A stretch of 42,995 nt of DNA from Eubacteriales bacterium. Lineage in GTDB: Bacteria > Bacillota > Clostridia > Oscillospirales > CAG-382. Made by a program: the position numbers and the translations under genes. The stretch covers positions 1 through 42,995 of the forward strand of contig JAZSGA010000186.1 of the NCBI GenBank assembly GCA_045532495.1, read 5' to 3'. The notes beneath the pieces were generated by a model. That model had not been told where the DNA came from. It saw only the letters and a program-made list of their open reading frames with translations, and ran no database searches. This document shows, one piece after another, positions 17,508 through 26,191 of the stretch; positions within the stretch are counted from its first letter, which is position 1; each line of letters starts with the position of its first letter.

Positions 17508-20500
17508 TTATTCTGCGCTGTTACACAGCTTTTCTGCCTGTTCAACAAATTCCTGCGCCAATGCCAGCACATCCTCGTTTTGCTGCAGTTTTATGTTATA
17601 GCACGGGTGGTTGCCCATGGAAAGCAGCACCCTGCCTTTAAAGTACAGCGAAAGGCTTACCGCCGTGGATTTTTCCACGGTAAGGGGATAAATTATAAGC
17701 TTGTTTTCGCGCTGTTCTATTTTTTTAATGCCGCAGCCCTCGCACCTTGCACGCAAAAGCGATATTTTACAAAGAGCCTCGGTTTCCGCAGGAATGTTTC
17801 CGTAGCGGTCAAGCAGCTCATCACGAATCTCGTCGATCTCATCCTGCGTGCGTGCCGCCGCAATTTTTTTGTACATTTCTATACGACCGCCGGGCAGACG
17901 GATATATTTTTCGGGAATATATGCGTTGACACGCAGATCCAGCGTGCTCTGAGCCTCCTCGCCCCTGCCGGGAACAATGCCCTTTTCCTCCAGCACGGCT
18001 TCCTCAAGAATACGTATATAAAGCTCGTAGCCCACAGCCTCCATATGGCCAGATTGTTCCGCACCCAAAAGGTTGCCTGCACCACGGATCTCAAGGTCAC
18101 GCATGGCAATGCGGAAACCCGAACCGAACTCGGTAAACTCACGCAGGGCATCAAGCCTTTTTGTTGCCACCTCGGTAAGAGCGGCAGATTTTTTCCAGGT
18201 TATATATGCATAAGCTCTGCGGTTGCTGCGGCCTATTCTGCCTCGTATCTGATGCAGCTGTGCCAGGCCCAGACGGTCGGCATCCTCAATAATAAGAGTG
18301 TTGGCGTTGGGCACATCTATGCCCGTTTCTATAATCGTGGTGCACACAAGCACATCAATTTCGCCGTCCACCAAAGCCGCCCATATATCCGAAAGCTCCT
18401 CTTTGCTCATCTGACCGTGGGCGCAGGCTATTTCCGCATCGGGCAATGCCGCACGCAGTTTTGCGGCGGTTTCCTCTATACCCTCCACACGGTTGTGAAG
18501 ATAAAAAACCTGTCCTGCACGGCGAAGCTCTTTTTTTATCGCCTCAAGGATAATAAAATTATCGTGCTCCAGCACATAGGTCTGCACAGGGTATCGGTCG
18601 GTGGGGGCTTCCTCCAGCACCGACATATCACGGATGCCCGCCATTGCCATGTTAAGCGTACGGGGGATGGGCGTGGCGGTAAGCGTTAAAACGTCTATTT
18701 GCTTTGACATTTCCTTAAGGCGCTCCTTATGGGCAACGCCAAAGCGCTGTTCCTCATCCACCACCAAAAGTCCAAGATCCTTGAACTTTATGTTTTTGCC
18801 CAGCAGCTTGTGGGTACCTATAACAATATCCGTTTCGCCGGTGGCAAGCCTTTTTACCGTTGCCGCCGCTTCCTTGGGCTTGCTGAAGCGTGAAAGCATT
18901 TCTATTTTAAGCGGAAAGCCTTTCATTCGTGAAAGAACTGTTTGATAATGCTGCATGGCAAGTATGGTGGTGGGCACAAGGATAGCCGCCTGCTTGCCCT
19001 CAATAACACACTTAAAAACGGCACGCAAAGCCACCTCGGTTTTGCCAAAGCCCACATCGCCGCACAAAAGGCGGTCCATGGGATGGGGTTTTTCCATATC
19101 CGCTTTGATCTCGTTTATGGCGGCAAGCTGACCTTCTGTTTCCTCAAACTCAAAATCCGCTTCAAAATCCCTTTGCCATTCGGTATCGGCAGAAAAAGCG
19201 TAGCCTGCCAGCTTTGTGCGCTCGGCATAAAGCTGAATAAGCTGTTTTGCCATATCTTTTGCGGCTTTTTTTGCTTTGGCTTTGGTTTTTTGCCAGTCCT
19301 TTGATGACATGCTCGAAAGCTTTACCGCCTCTGCCGCGCCGGCATATTTTGATATGCGGTCCATCTGGTCAATGGGGATATAAAGTGCATCGCTACCGGC
19401 ATACTGAAGCATGACGTAATCACGGGTAAGACCGTCCACCGTAAGCGTTTTAAGCCCTTCGTAACGGGCAATGCCGTGCACGGTGTGCACAACGTAATCG
19501 CCCACCCGCAGATCCTGATAGGAAAGTATTTTTTGTCCCGAGCTTTTGCCCGAATGTGCCCTGCGGGTACGGGTGCGATTTTTTGCAAAGCCTGTTTCGC
19601 CCTCAGAAATAAGGGCAAAGGCTGTTTTGGGAAGCTCAAAACCGTGCAGCTCGCGAATATCTCCCACGCCGCCCACACAATAGCATATGCCCCCGTGTGC
19701 CTCGTCAGAAAAAACACCGTGGGCATCGCATACCTGGGCACGCAAGCCCTTTGCCGTAAGGGTATCGCAAAGCTCGGTTGCCGCTTTTGTATCCCTGGCG
19801 CAAACCACGGTGGTGTATCCAAGGGCGTTGTAGTTTTCTATATCGTCAAATAATATTTCTATGTTTTTGTCGGTGGCAGAGGTTTGCTTGGTTACAAAGC
19901 TGTAAAGCCCTGAAATTTCAAAGGGCAGACTTGATGTAAACGGGCTTGTTACCAACGACGGCTTTTTTGCCAGCACCGACTGCAAAAAGTCTTCGCCAAA
20001 CATAAAATCCGTGCAGGTGTGGTGAAGCTCGCCCGCACTTATAAGCGAAAGGATGTTTTCGTTAAGCTGCCAGACTGCGCTTTTTATGCGTTCGGAGATC
20101 TTTGGATAATCCACGGCAAAAATTCCGCCGGAAATATGGGATATAAGACATTCTTTGCCCGATACCGCAGGCAGATATTTGTCTATGTTGGGCAAACTGC
20201 CGTCGGTTATCATTTCCTTTTCGCGGCAAAGCTTTTCAAGGGTGGCATTTGCTGTTATAACATCCAGCTTTTCGCCGCTCTTTTTTGCCTTGGCAAGGCG
20301 TTTTTCCATGGCGGCAATAAGCTCGTTTACAAGAGTTGTGCATACATCACGCTGTTCCGGTGTAAGCAAAAGCTCTCTTGACGGAGTTATTACAAATTCC
20401 GTAACATTTTCTATTCTGCGCTGGGTAAGCACGTCAAAATATCCGCAGGCGTCTATTTCGTCGCCAAAAAACTCTATTCGCAAGGGATATTCCGCATCGG

Positions 20501-21104
20501 GCGGAAAAACATCCACAATATCACCCCGGTGCGAAAACTGTCCTTTTCCCTCCACGGTATCGCACGCACCGTAGCCAAAGGTGCACAGGGTTTCAAGAAA
20601 GGTTTCAACGGAAAGCTCGCTTCCCACGGCAATTTCAAGGCTTTGTGCGCCGCCTGATGGGGGCAAAAGCGAAAGCACCGCCTCGGGCACCGCCACCACG
20701 GCACGGGCGCTGCCGTCGGTTATTTTACGCAAAACCTCAAGACGCTCGTATTCCGCCTCATGGGAAAAAGCCTCGATGTTGTGGAATATAAAATCCCTCA
20801 TGGGAAAAAGGTAAACTCCGTCCATCATACAGCCCAGCACCTTTACAAGGTATGCCGCCGTTTTTTCATCGGGGGCAATAACAAGGCTTGTGCCGTTGTG
20901 GACAGGAAAAGCGGAAAGCTCATCTATAAGCGATGCTATAACGGTGCCCGTGGGGGTATCGCCAAGCCCCACCGCAAAGGCAGGCGGCTGACGGAAGCTT
21001 TTTATTTTATAATTTGCAACTGCTGCGGAAAGCTTTTTATACTGAGCATCGGCACCCATTGCCTTTGACAGCATATGCGCAGCGGGACTTTTTAAAACTG
21101 ACAT
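17508..21104 (-). CDS. mfd: Transcription-repair coupling factor
   Basis: GDYVVHTVHG, GDVGFGKT, DEEQRFGV, TAT, QIRGRIGR, DLEIRGAGNLLG; ATG at 21104 follows RBS GAAAGGCGG. Confidence 0.95.
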   Translation of the reverse strand: MSVLKSPAAHMLSKAMGADAQYKKLSAAVANYKIKSFRQPPAFAVGLGDTPTGTVIASLIDELSAFPVHNGTSLVIAPDEKTAAYLVKVLGCMMDGVYLFPMRDFIFHNIEAFSHEAEYERLEVLRKITDGSARAVVAVPEAVLSLLPPSGGAQSLEIAVGSELSVETFLETLCTFGYGACDTVEGKGQFSHRGDIVDVFPPDAEYPLRIEFFGDEIDACGYFDVLTQRRIENVTEFVITPSRELLLTPEQRDVCTTLVNELIAAMEKRLAKAKKSGEKLDVITANATLEKLCREKEMITDGSLPNIDKYLPAVSGKECLISHISGGIFAVDYPKISERIKSAVWQLNENILSLISAGELHHTCTDFMFGEDFLQSVLAKKPSLVTSPFTSSLPFEISGLYSFVTKQTSATDKNIEILFDDIENYNALGYTTVVCARDTKAATELCDTLTAKGLRAQVCDAHGVFSDEAHGGICYCVGGVGDIRELHGFELPKTAFALISEGETGFAKNRTRTRRAHSGKSSGQKILSYQDLRVGDYVVHTVHGIARYEGLKTLTVDGLTRDYVMLQYAGSDALYIPIDQMDRISKYAGAAEAVKLSSMSSKDWQKTKAKAKKAAKDMAKQLIQLYAERTKLAGYAFSADTEWQRDFEADFEFEETEGQLAAINEIKADMEKPHPMDRLLCGDVGFGKTEVALRAVFKCVIEGKQAAILVPTTILAMQHYQTVLSRMKGFPLKIEMLSRFSKPKEAAATVKRLATGETDIVIGTHKLLGKNIKFKDLGLLVVDEEQRFGVAHKERLKEMSKQIDVLTLTATPIPRTLNMAMAGIRDMSVLEEAPTDRYPVQTYVLEHDNFIILEAIKKELRRAGQVFYLHNRVEGIEETAAKLRAALPDAEIACAHGQMSKEELSDIWAALVDGEIDVLVCTTIIETGIDVPNANTLIIEDADRLGLAQLHQIRGRIGRSNRRAYAYITWKKSAALTEVATKRLDALREFTEFGSGFRIAMRDLEIRGAGNLLGAEQSGHMEAVGYELYIRILEEAVLEEKGIVPGRGEEAQSTLDLRVNAYIPEKYIRLPGGRIEMYKKIAAARTQDEIDEIRDELLDRYGNIPAETEALCKISLLRARCEGCGIKKIEQRENKLIIYPLTVEKSTAVSLSLYFKGRVLLSMGNHPCYNIKLQQNEDVLALAQEFVEQAEKLCNSAE

Positions 21105-21261
21105 GACAAAACCGCCTTTCTTTTGTTTTTGTGATTTTTTGCTGACAGCACAACAAGGCTTATGGCAGAGCGCCATGAGCCTTAGCTTTTTTGTTTTTTG
21201 TTATATAAGAAAAAAGTAATGAGTGGGTTGTGGGGGTGCAATAACACCTTGGGGGCAAATA

Positions 21262-21506
21262 AGGCTCCCTCCGGAAAATACTTCGTTTTTGAGGAGAAGC
21301 TGTCACCGCAGGTGACTGATGAGGTGTAGGTCACGCAGTGACCGTTATTCTTTGCCGTTTGCAAAAAGGTTTATTAAGGAAACGCTGCTACCGCAGCTAC
21401 ACCTCATCCGAGTTGCTTCGCAACCCACCTTCCCCTCAAGGGGAAGGCTTTATAGGCTCCCTCCGGAAAAACACGCAGTTTTTCGGAAAAACACGCAATT
21501 TTTCGG
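21262..21506. repeat. Palindrome-rich non-coding element with direct and tandem repeats
   Basis: 17-bp direct repeat at 21262 and 21454; hairpins GTCACC/GGTGAC and CCTTCCCCT/AGGGGAAGG; GATGAGGTGTAG/CTACACCTCATC long-range inverted repeat; 20-bp tandem duplication at 21464-21503. Confidence 0.7.
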
Positions 21507-21525
21507 GAATATTTTACCATATGTG

Positions 21526-21554
21526 TAAGGGACGCTGTGGGCAGCGTCCCCTTA
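21526..21554. terminator. REP-like hairpin downstream of thrS, possibly acting as terminator or 3' stabiliser
   Basis: TAAGGGACGCTG-TGGG-CAGCGTCCCCTTA, 14 nt past the thrS stop. Confidence 0.5.
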
Positions 21555-21568
21555 TTGTGCAATAAATA

Positions 21569-23509
21569 TCAGACGTTAAGAGTTCTTTCTCTTACTTCTC
21601 TGCAGATATCGTTGATAAACTCATCCACGGAAACAGCGCCCTTATCGCCGTCCTTGCGTGAACGTACCGCAACAGCATTTGCGCTTGCTTCCTTTTCGCC
21701 GATAACCAGCATATAAGGAACCTTTTCAAGCTGAGCTTCACGGATCTTGTAGCCGATTTTTTCGTTACGGGTATCAAGCTCGCAGCGCAGGCCGTTTTTG
21801 CGGAGTTTTTCGTAAACAGCCTCGGCATATTCATGCTGGCTTTCGCTTATGGGCAGGATCTTTACCTGTGTGGGCGCAAGCCATGTGGGGAACGCACCGG
21901 CATACTTTTCGATAAGCAGTGCAAGGGTTCTTTCGTAACAGCCGATAGAGGTTCTGTGAATGATGTAAGGATTCTTCTTTGTTCCGTCACTGTCGGTGTA
22001 TTCCATGCCGAATTTTTCGGCAAGCATCTGGTCGATCTGGATGGTGATAAGGGTATCTTCCTTACCGTGAACGTTTTTGATCTGGATATCAAGCTTGGGG
22101 CCGTAGAATGGGGCTTCGCCGATGCCTATTTTATACTGTATGCCGATATCGTCAAGGATATTCTTCATGATGCTCTGTGCTTCGTTCCACTGTTCTTCGG
22201 TGCCGATGTACTTTTCGCGGTTATCGGGATCCCACTGGGAGAAGCGGTAAGAAACATCCTCGTAAAGGCCAAGGGTTTTGAGCATGAAAATTGTAAGTTC
22301 AAGGCAACGCTTGAATTCATCCTCAAGCTGTGCGGGGGTACACATAAGGTGGCCTTCGGATATTGTAAACTGACGTACACGGATAAGGCCGTGCATTTCG
22401 CCGGAATCCTCGTTGCGGAACAGGGTGGATGTTTCGGAAAGGCGCATGGGCAGATCACGGTAGGAGCGTGCTCTGTTGAGGTATGCCTGATACTGGAAGG
22501 GGCAGGTCATGGGGCGCAGCGCAAAACATTCCTTGCCGTCTTCTTCATCGCCCATAACAAACATGCCTTCTTTGTAGTGATCCCAGTGACCGGAGATCTT
22601 GTAAAGATCGGATTTTGCCATAAGGGGAGTTTTAGTCATCTTCCAGCCCCATTCGGCTTCGATATCTTCAACAAAACGCTGAAGCAGCTGAATTATCTTT
22701 GCGCCCTTGGGCAGCATAATGGGCAGGCCCTGACCGATATAATCAACGGTGGTAAACAGTTCAAGCTCACGTCCAAGCTTGTTGTGGTCACGCTTTTTGG
22801 CTTCTTCCACCTGCAAAAGGTATTCGTCAAGCTGTGCCTGCTTGGGGAATGCAATACCGTAAACACGCTGAAGCATTTTGTTTTTGGCATCGCCCTTCCA
22901 GTAAGCACCTGTACACTGGGTAAGCTTTACAGCCTTGAGCTTGCCTGTGGAGGGAATATGAGGACCTGCGCAAAGGTCGGTAAATTCGCCCTGACGGTAG
23001 AAGGATATTTCTTCGCCCTCGGGAAGCTCTTGTATAAGCTCAACCTTGTAGGGCTCATTCTTTTCGGTCATAAGCGCAATAGCTTCTGCCTTGGGAAGAA
23101 CAAAGCGTTCTATTGCAAGGTTTTCTTTTATTATTTTTTTGATTTCCGCTTCGAGCTTTGTAAGAATGTCTGCGGTGAAGGGGATTTCGGAATCGATATC
23201 GTAATAGAATCCGTTATCAATGGCGGGGCCGATGGTAAGCTTGGATTCGGGGAAAAGGCGTTTTACAGCCTGGGCAAGCACGTGGGATGCGGTATGGTTG
23301 TAAACCTTTTTGCCTTCTTCGGAATCAAATGTGAGAATTTCAACTTCGCAATCTGCGGTAAGGGGAGCGGAAAGATCGGTAACAACACCGTCCACCTTTG
23401 CGGCAAGGGCAGCACGGGCAAGACCTCCGCTTATTTTTTCGGCAAGCTCCAATACGCTGCCGCCTTCAAATTCCAGAATTGTACCGTCTTTAAGCTTGAT
23501 ATTAAGCAT
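21569..23509 (-). CDS. thrS: Threonine--tRNA ligase
   Basis: TGS domain, HTASH and DLCAGPH editing motifs, RDHNKLG, LRPMTCP, FYGPKLD, C-terminal anticodon-binding domain. Confidence 0.97.
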   Translation of the reverse strand: MLNIKLKDGTILEFEGGSVLELAEKISGGLARAALAAKVDGVVTDLSAPLTADCEVEILTFDSEEGKKVYNHTASHVLAQAVKRLFPESKLTIGPAIDNGFYYDIDSEIPFTADILTKLEAEIKKIIKENLAIERFVLPKAEAIALMTEKNEPYKVELIQELPEGEEISFYRQGEFTDLCAGPHIPSTGKLKAVKLTQCTGAYWKGDAKNKMLQRVYGIAFPKQAQLDEYLLQVEEAKKRDHNKLGRELELFTTVDYIGQGLPIMLPKGAKIIQLLQRFVEDIEAEWGWKMTKTPLMAKSDLYKISGHWDHYKEGMFVMGDEEDGKECFALRPMTCPFQYQAYLNRARSYRDLPMRLSETSTLFRNEDSGEMHGLIRVRQFTISEGHLMCTPAQLEDEFKRCLELTIFMLKTLGLYEDVSYRFSQWDPDNREKYIGTEEQWNEAQSIMKNILDDIGIQYKIGIGEAPFYGPKLDIQIKNVHGKEDTLITIQIDQMLAEKFGMEYTDSDGTKKNPYIIHRTSIGCYERTLALLIEKYAGAFPTWLAPTQVKILPISESQHEYAEAVYEKLRKNGLRCELDTRNEKIGYKIREAQLEKVPYMLVIGEKEASANAVAVRSRKDGDKGAVSVDEFINDICREVRERTLNV

Positions 23510-23556
23510 GGTAGTTTCTTCCTTTCGTGAAAATATATAAATTAAATTTTAAACAT

Positions 23557-23787
23557 AAAAACAAAAAACGCCCTGCAGAAAAAATCTGCGGGGCGTGGAT
23601 AAACACGCGGTTCCACCCGGTTTAGTGCAAAAAAGCACCCTCATTTGCCTTAACGCGGCATACGCCGAAGCATTTCCTCAACGGAGCAAAAAAGCGGTAA
23701 CCACAAAGCTTTGCGTAAGCACCTTGCAGCAAACGGTGCTCTCTCTGAACGAAAGGGGATTGCGGTCGTATCTTTTTTATTGCGATA
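23557..23787 (-). ncRNA. Thr T-box riboswitch (thrS leader)
   Basis: AGAGAG and GCTG stem-I motifs, probable specifier ACC (23696-23698), T-box GGGTGGAACCGCG (23606-23618), terminator ACGCCCCGCAGA...TCTGCAGGGCGTTTTTT. Confidence 0.9.
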
Positions 23788-23792
23788 ACAAC

Positions 23793-23821
23793 ATTATAAT
23801 TATACTTTTTCCTTTTGTCAA
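23793..23821 (-). promoter_or_regulatory. sigma-A promoter of thrS
   Basis: Perfect TTGACA-N17-TATAAT. Confidence 0.9.
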
Positions 23822-23917
23822 GAAGTTTATGCAATTTTTTTGCCTTGCAGGCTCAAAAAACGTTCCCTCAGACTCTTTGCCGCCGCACATATATGCACAA
23901 AAAATTTTACTTTGTGC

Positions 23918-23946
23918 TTTACAAACCCAAAAAAATAGTATATAAT
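23918..23946 (+). promoter_or_regulatory. sigma-A promoter of thioesterase-Lrp-aminotransferase operon
   Basis: TTTACA-N17-TATAAT. Confidence 0.75.
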
Positions 23947-23975
23947 AAAATATTATAAAAAAGGAGGCGGTAAAA

Positions 23976-24446
23976 ACGGATAAAAACACCCCATCCGCAT
24001 CGCGCAGCGAAATGACACAGTTTTTGCCGCATTATGCCATAAACGGTGCCAACAGATTGCTGGGCGGATACATGCTTAACTGGATAGATGAAATAGCCGC
24101 CGCCGCGGCAAAGCGGTTTTGCCGCAGCATGGTAACCACCGCAAGTCTTGATTCCGTGGAATTTATATATCCCGCAAGCCTGGGCGAGCTTTTTTCGGTA
24201 ACGGGCATTGTTACCCGAGCCGGCAAAACATCTGTTGAAGTAAAAGTCGAAGGCTTTACCGAGCAGGATGACGGCACAAAAAACCTTATATGCCGTGCAT
24301 ACGCCGTGCTTGTGGCGATTGACAAAAACGGAAACCCCACAGCTGTTCCTCAGCTTGTGTGCGAAAACGACGATCAGCGTGCCGAGCTTGAAAAAGCCGA
24401 AAAACGCAACGAACTGCGCAAACAGCGCCGTGCGCTTGACCTTTAA
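23976..24446 (+). CDS. Acyl-CoA thioesterase (hotdog fold, YciA-like); probable ACG start at 23976, first ATG at 24012
   Basis: NRLLGGYMLNWIDE, VTTASLDSVEF, AGKTSVEV, VAID..G.P..VP; AAGGAGG lies 8 nt before an in-frame ACG. Confidence 0.8.
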   Translation, partial: TDKNTPSASRSEMTQFLPHYAINGANRLLGGYMLNWIDEIAAAAAKRFCRSMVTTASLDSVEFIYPASLGELFSVTGIVTRAGKTSVEVKVEGFTEQDDGTKNLICRAYAVLVAIDKNGNPTAVPQLVCENDDQRAELEKAEKRNELRKQRRALDL

Positions 24447-24470
24447 TACAAAGACGAAAGGAAATTTTTT

Positions 24471-24947
24471 ATGAATATACTTGATCTTCTTGAAAACGAC
24501 GGCAGACTTACCCCCAAGGAGCTTGCTCTTATGCTTCAAAAAGAAACCGGCGATATTACCGCCGAAATTGCAGACCTTGAAGCAAAAGGCATTATTCTCG
24601 GCTACAAAACCATTATCGACTGGGATAAGACCGACCGTGAAATAGTAACCGCACTTATCGAAATTAAAGTTATTCCCCAGCGTGACAGGGGTTTTGACGA
24701 GATAGCTGCAAAAATATGCCGCTACCCCGAGGTAAAGAGCGCGTACCTTATGTCGGGCGGATTTGACATTGCCGTTATCATCGAGGGCAAAACCATGCGT
24801 GAGGTGGCTTTGTTTGTTGCCGAAAAACTGGCGCTTATTGAGTCGGTAACCTCCACTGCCACACACTTTATTCTGCGCAGATACAAGGACAAGGGCGTTA
24901 TTTACAAAGCACCCTCAAAGGACAAAAGGGACGAGGGCTGCATATGA
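24471..24947 (+). CDS. Lrp/AsnC family transcriptional regulator (YugG/AlaR-like)
   Basis: N-terminal HTH, YLMSGGFD, TATHFILRRYK; ATGA-coupled to the aminotransferase. Confidence 0.88.
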   Translation: MNILDLLENDGRLTPKELALMLQKETGDITAEIADLEAKGIILGYKTIIDWDKTDREIVTALIEIKVIPQRDRGFDEIAAKICRYPEVKSAYLMSGGFDIAVIIEGKTMREVALFVAEKLALIESVTSTATHFILRRYKDKGVIYKAPSKDKRDEGCI

Positions 24948-26110
24948 TAGATTATTCAAAAATACTCTCGCAAAAAATACTCAACGTAAAACCTTCGGGT
25001 ATACGCAAATTCTTCGATCTGCTCAACGGTGCGGATGATATTGTCGGCCTTACTGTAGGTCAGCCGGATTTTCCCACGCCGTGGCACATAAGCGAGCAGG
25101 CAATACGCAGCATTGAGGATGGCAGAACCTATTACACAGCCAACAGCGGCCTTGTTGAACTGCGTGAGGGCATTGCGGAATACCTTTACCGCAGATTTGA
25201 GCTTAAATATGAGCCCCATGACGAAATTATCGTAACCGTGGGCGGCAGCGAAGCCATTGATGTGGCTTTGCGTTCTGTCATAAACCCCGGTGATGAGGTT
25301 ATTCTTCCCCAGCCCGCCTTTGTATGCTATGCTCCCATAATAGAGCTGTGCGGCGGCACCGTGGTGGAAATTAACACCAAAGCCGAAAACGATTTTAAAC
25401 TTACCCCGGATGAGCTGCGTGCAGCAATATCCGAAAAAACCAAGCTTCTTATACTTCCTTATCCCAACAACCCCACGGGTGCCATACTTACAAAGGAAGA
25501 GCTTGAAGCACTGGCGGATATTTTGCGTCCCACAAACATAGCCGTGCTTTCTGACGAAATTTACGCCGAGCTTACCTACGGCAGACGCCATGTTTCAATA
25601 GCAAACCTGCCCGGCATGCACGAGCGCACAATTATAGCCAGCGGTTTTTCCAAGGCCTATGCCATGACAGGCTGGCGTTTGGGTTATATTGCGGCACCCG
25701 CCGAAATTGCAGCTCAGATGTACAAAATACACCAGTACGGCATAATGTGTGCCCCCACGGCAAGCCAGTTTGCAGGGCTTGAAGCCGTGCGTGCCGGCGA
25801 TGAGGATATTGAGTACATGAAGGCTCAGTATAACCGCCGCCGTGTTATGCTGCTGGAAGGTCTGCACACCCTTGGCTTTGAATGTTTTGAGCCCGAAGGA
25901 GCTTTTTATATGTTCCCACGGGTTACCGATGGCAGCGAAACCGCCGAAAGCTTTTGCCAGCGATTGCTTACGCAAGGCAAGGTTGCCATTGTACCAGGCA
26001 CGGCATTTGGCGATTGCGGCGAAGGCTTTGCACGTATTTCCTATGCCTACTCCGTTTCACATATCGAGCAGGCGCTGGACAGAATGGAAAAATTTCTTAA
26101 AAACAAATAA
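24944..26110 (+). CDS. PLP-dependent class I/II aminotransferase (YugH/AlaT-like)
   Basis: PSGIRKFFD, PNNPTG, SDEIY, GFSKAYAMTGWRLG. Confidence 0.9.
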   Translation: MIDYSKILSQKILNVKPSGIRKFFDLLNGADDIVGLTVGQPDFPTPWHISEQAIRSIEDGRTYYTANSGLVELREGIAEYLYRRFELKYEPHDEIIVTVGGSEAIDVALRSVINPGDEVILPQPAFVCYAPIIELCGGTVVEINTKAENDFKLTPDELRAAISEKTKLLILPYPNNPTGAILTKEELEALADILRPTNIAVLSDEIYAELTYGRRHVSIANLPGMHERTIIASGFSKAYAMTGWRLGYIAAPAEIAAQMYKIHQYGIMCAPTASQFAGLEAVRAGDEDIEYMKAQYNRRRVMLLEGLHTLGFECFEPEGAFYMFPRVTDGSETAESFCQRLLTQGKVAIVPGTAFGDCGEGFARISYAYSVSHIEQALDRMEKFLKNK

Positions 26111-26124
26111 AACATATCTTCAAC

Positions 26125-26162
26125 AATACGGTGTATCCAAAAAGGGTATGCCGTATTTTTTT
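26125..26162 (+). terminator. Intrinsic terminator
   Basis: AATACGGTGTATCC-AAAA-GGGTATGCCGTATT followed by a T run. Confidence 0.75.
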
Positions 26163-26191
26163 GTGACAAGGGAAAGCAAAAAAAGCTACCC

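Noticed and set aside
17385-18689. 434-aa plus-strand ORF
   Set aside because: Antisense shadow of mfd starting inside a repeat region, with no recognisable motifs.
21833-23530. 565-aa plus-strand ORF antisense to thrS
   Set aside because: Shadow frame expected from the codon bias of a highly expressed gene; no RBS or domain motifs. Similar shadows lie over nfnA, ilvE and the ligases.
23595-23989. Short ORFs in the thrS upstream region
   Set aside because: The region is explained by the T-box leader and two divergent promoters.
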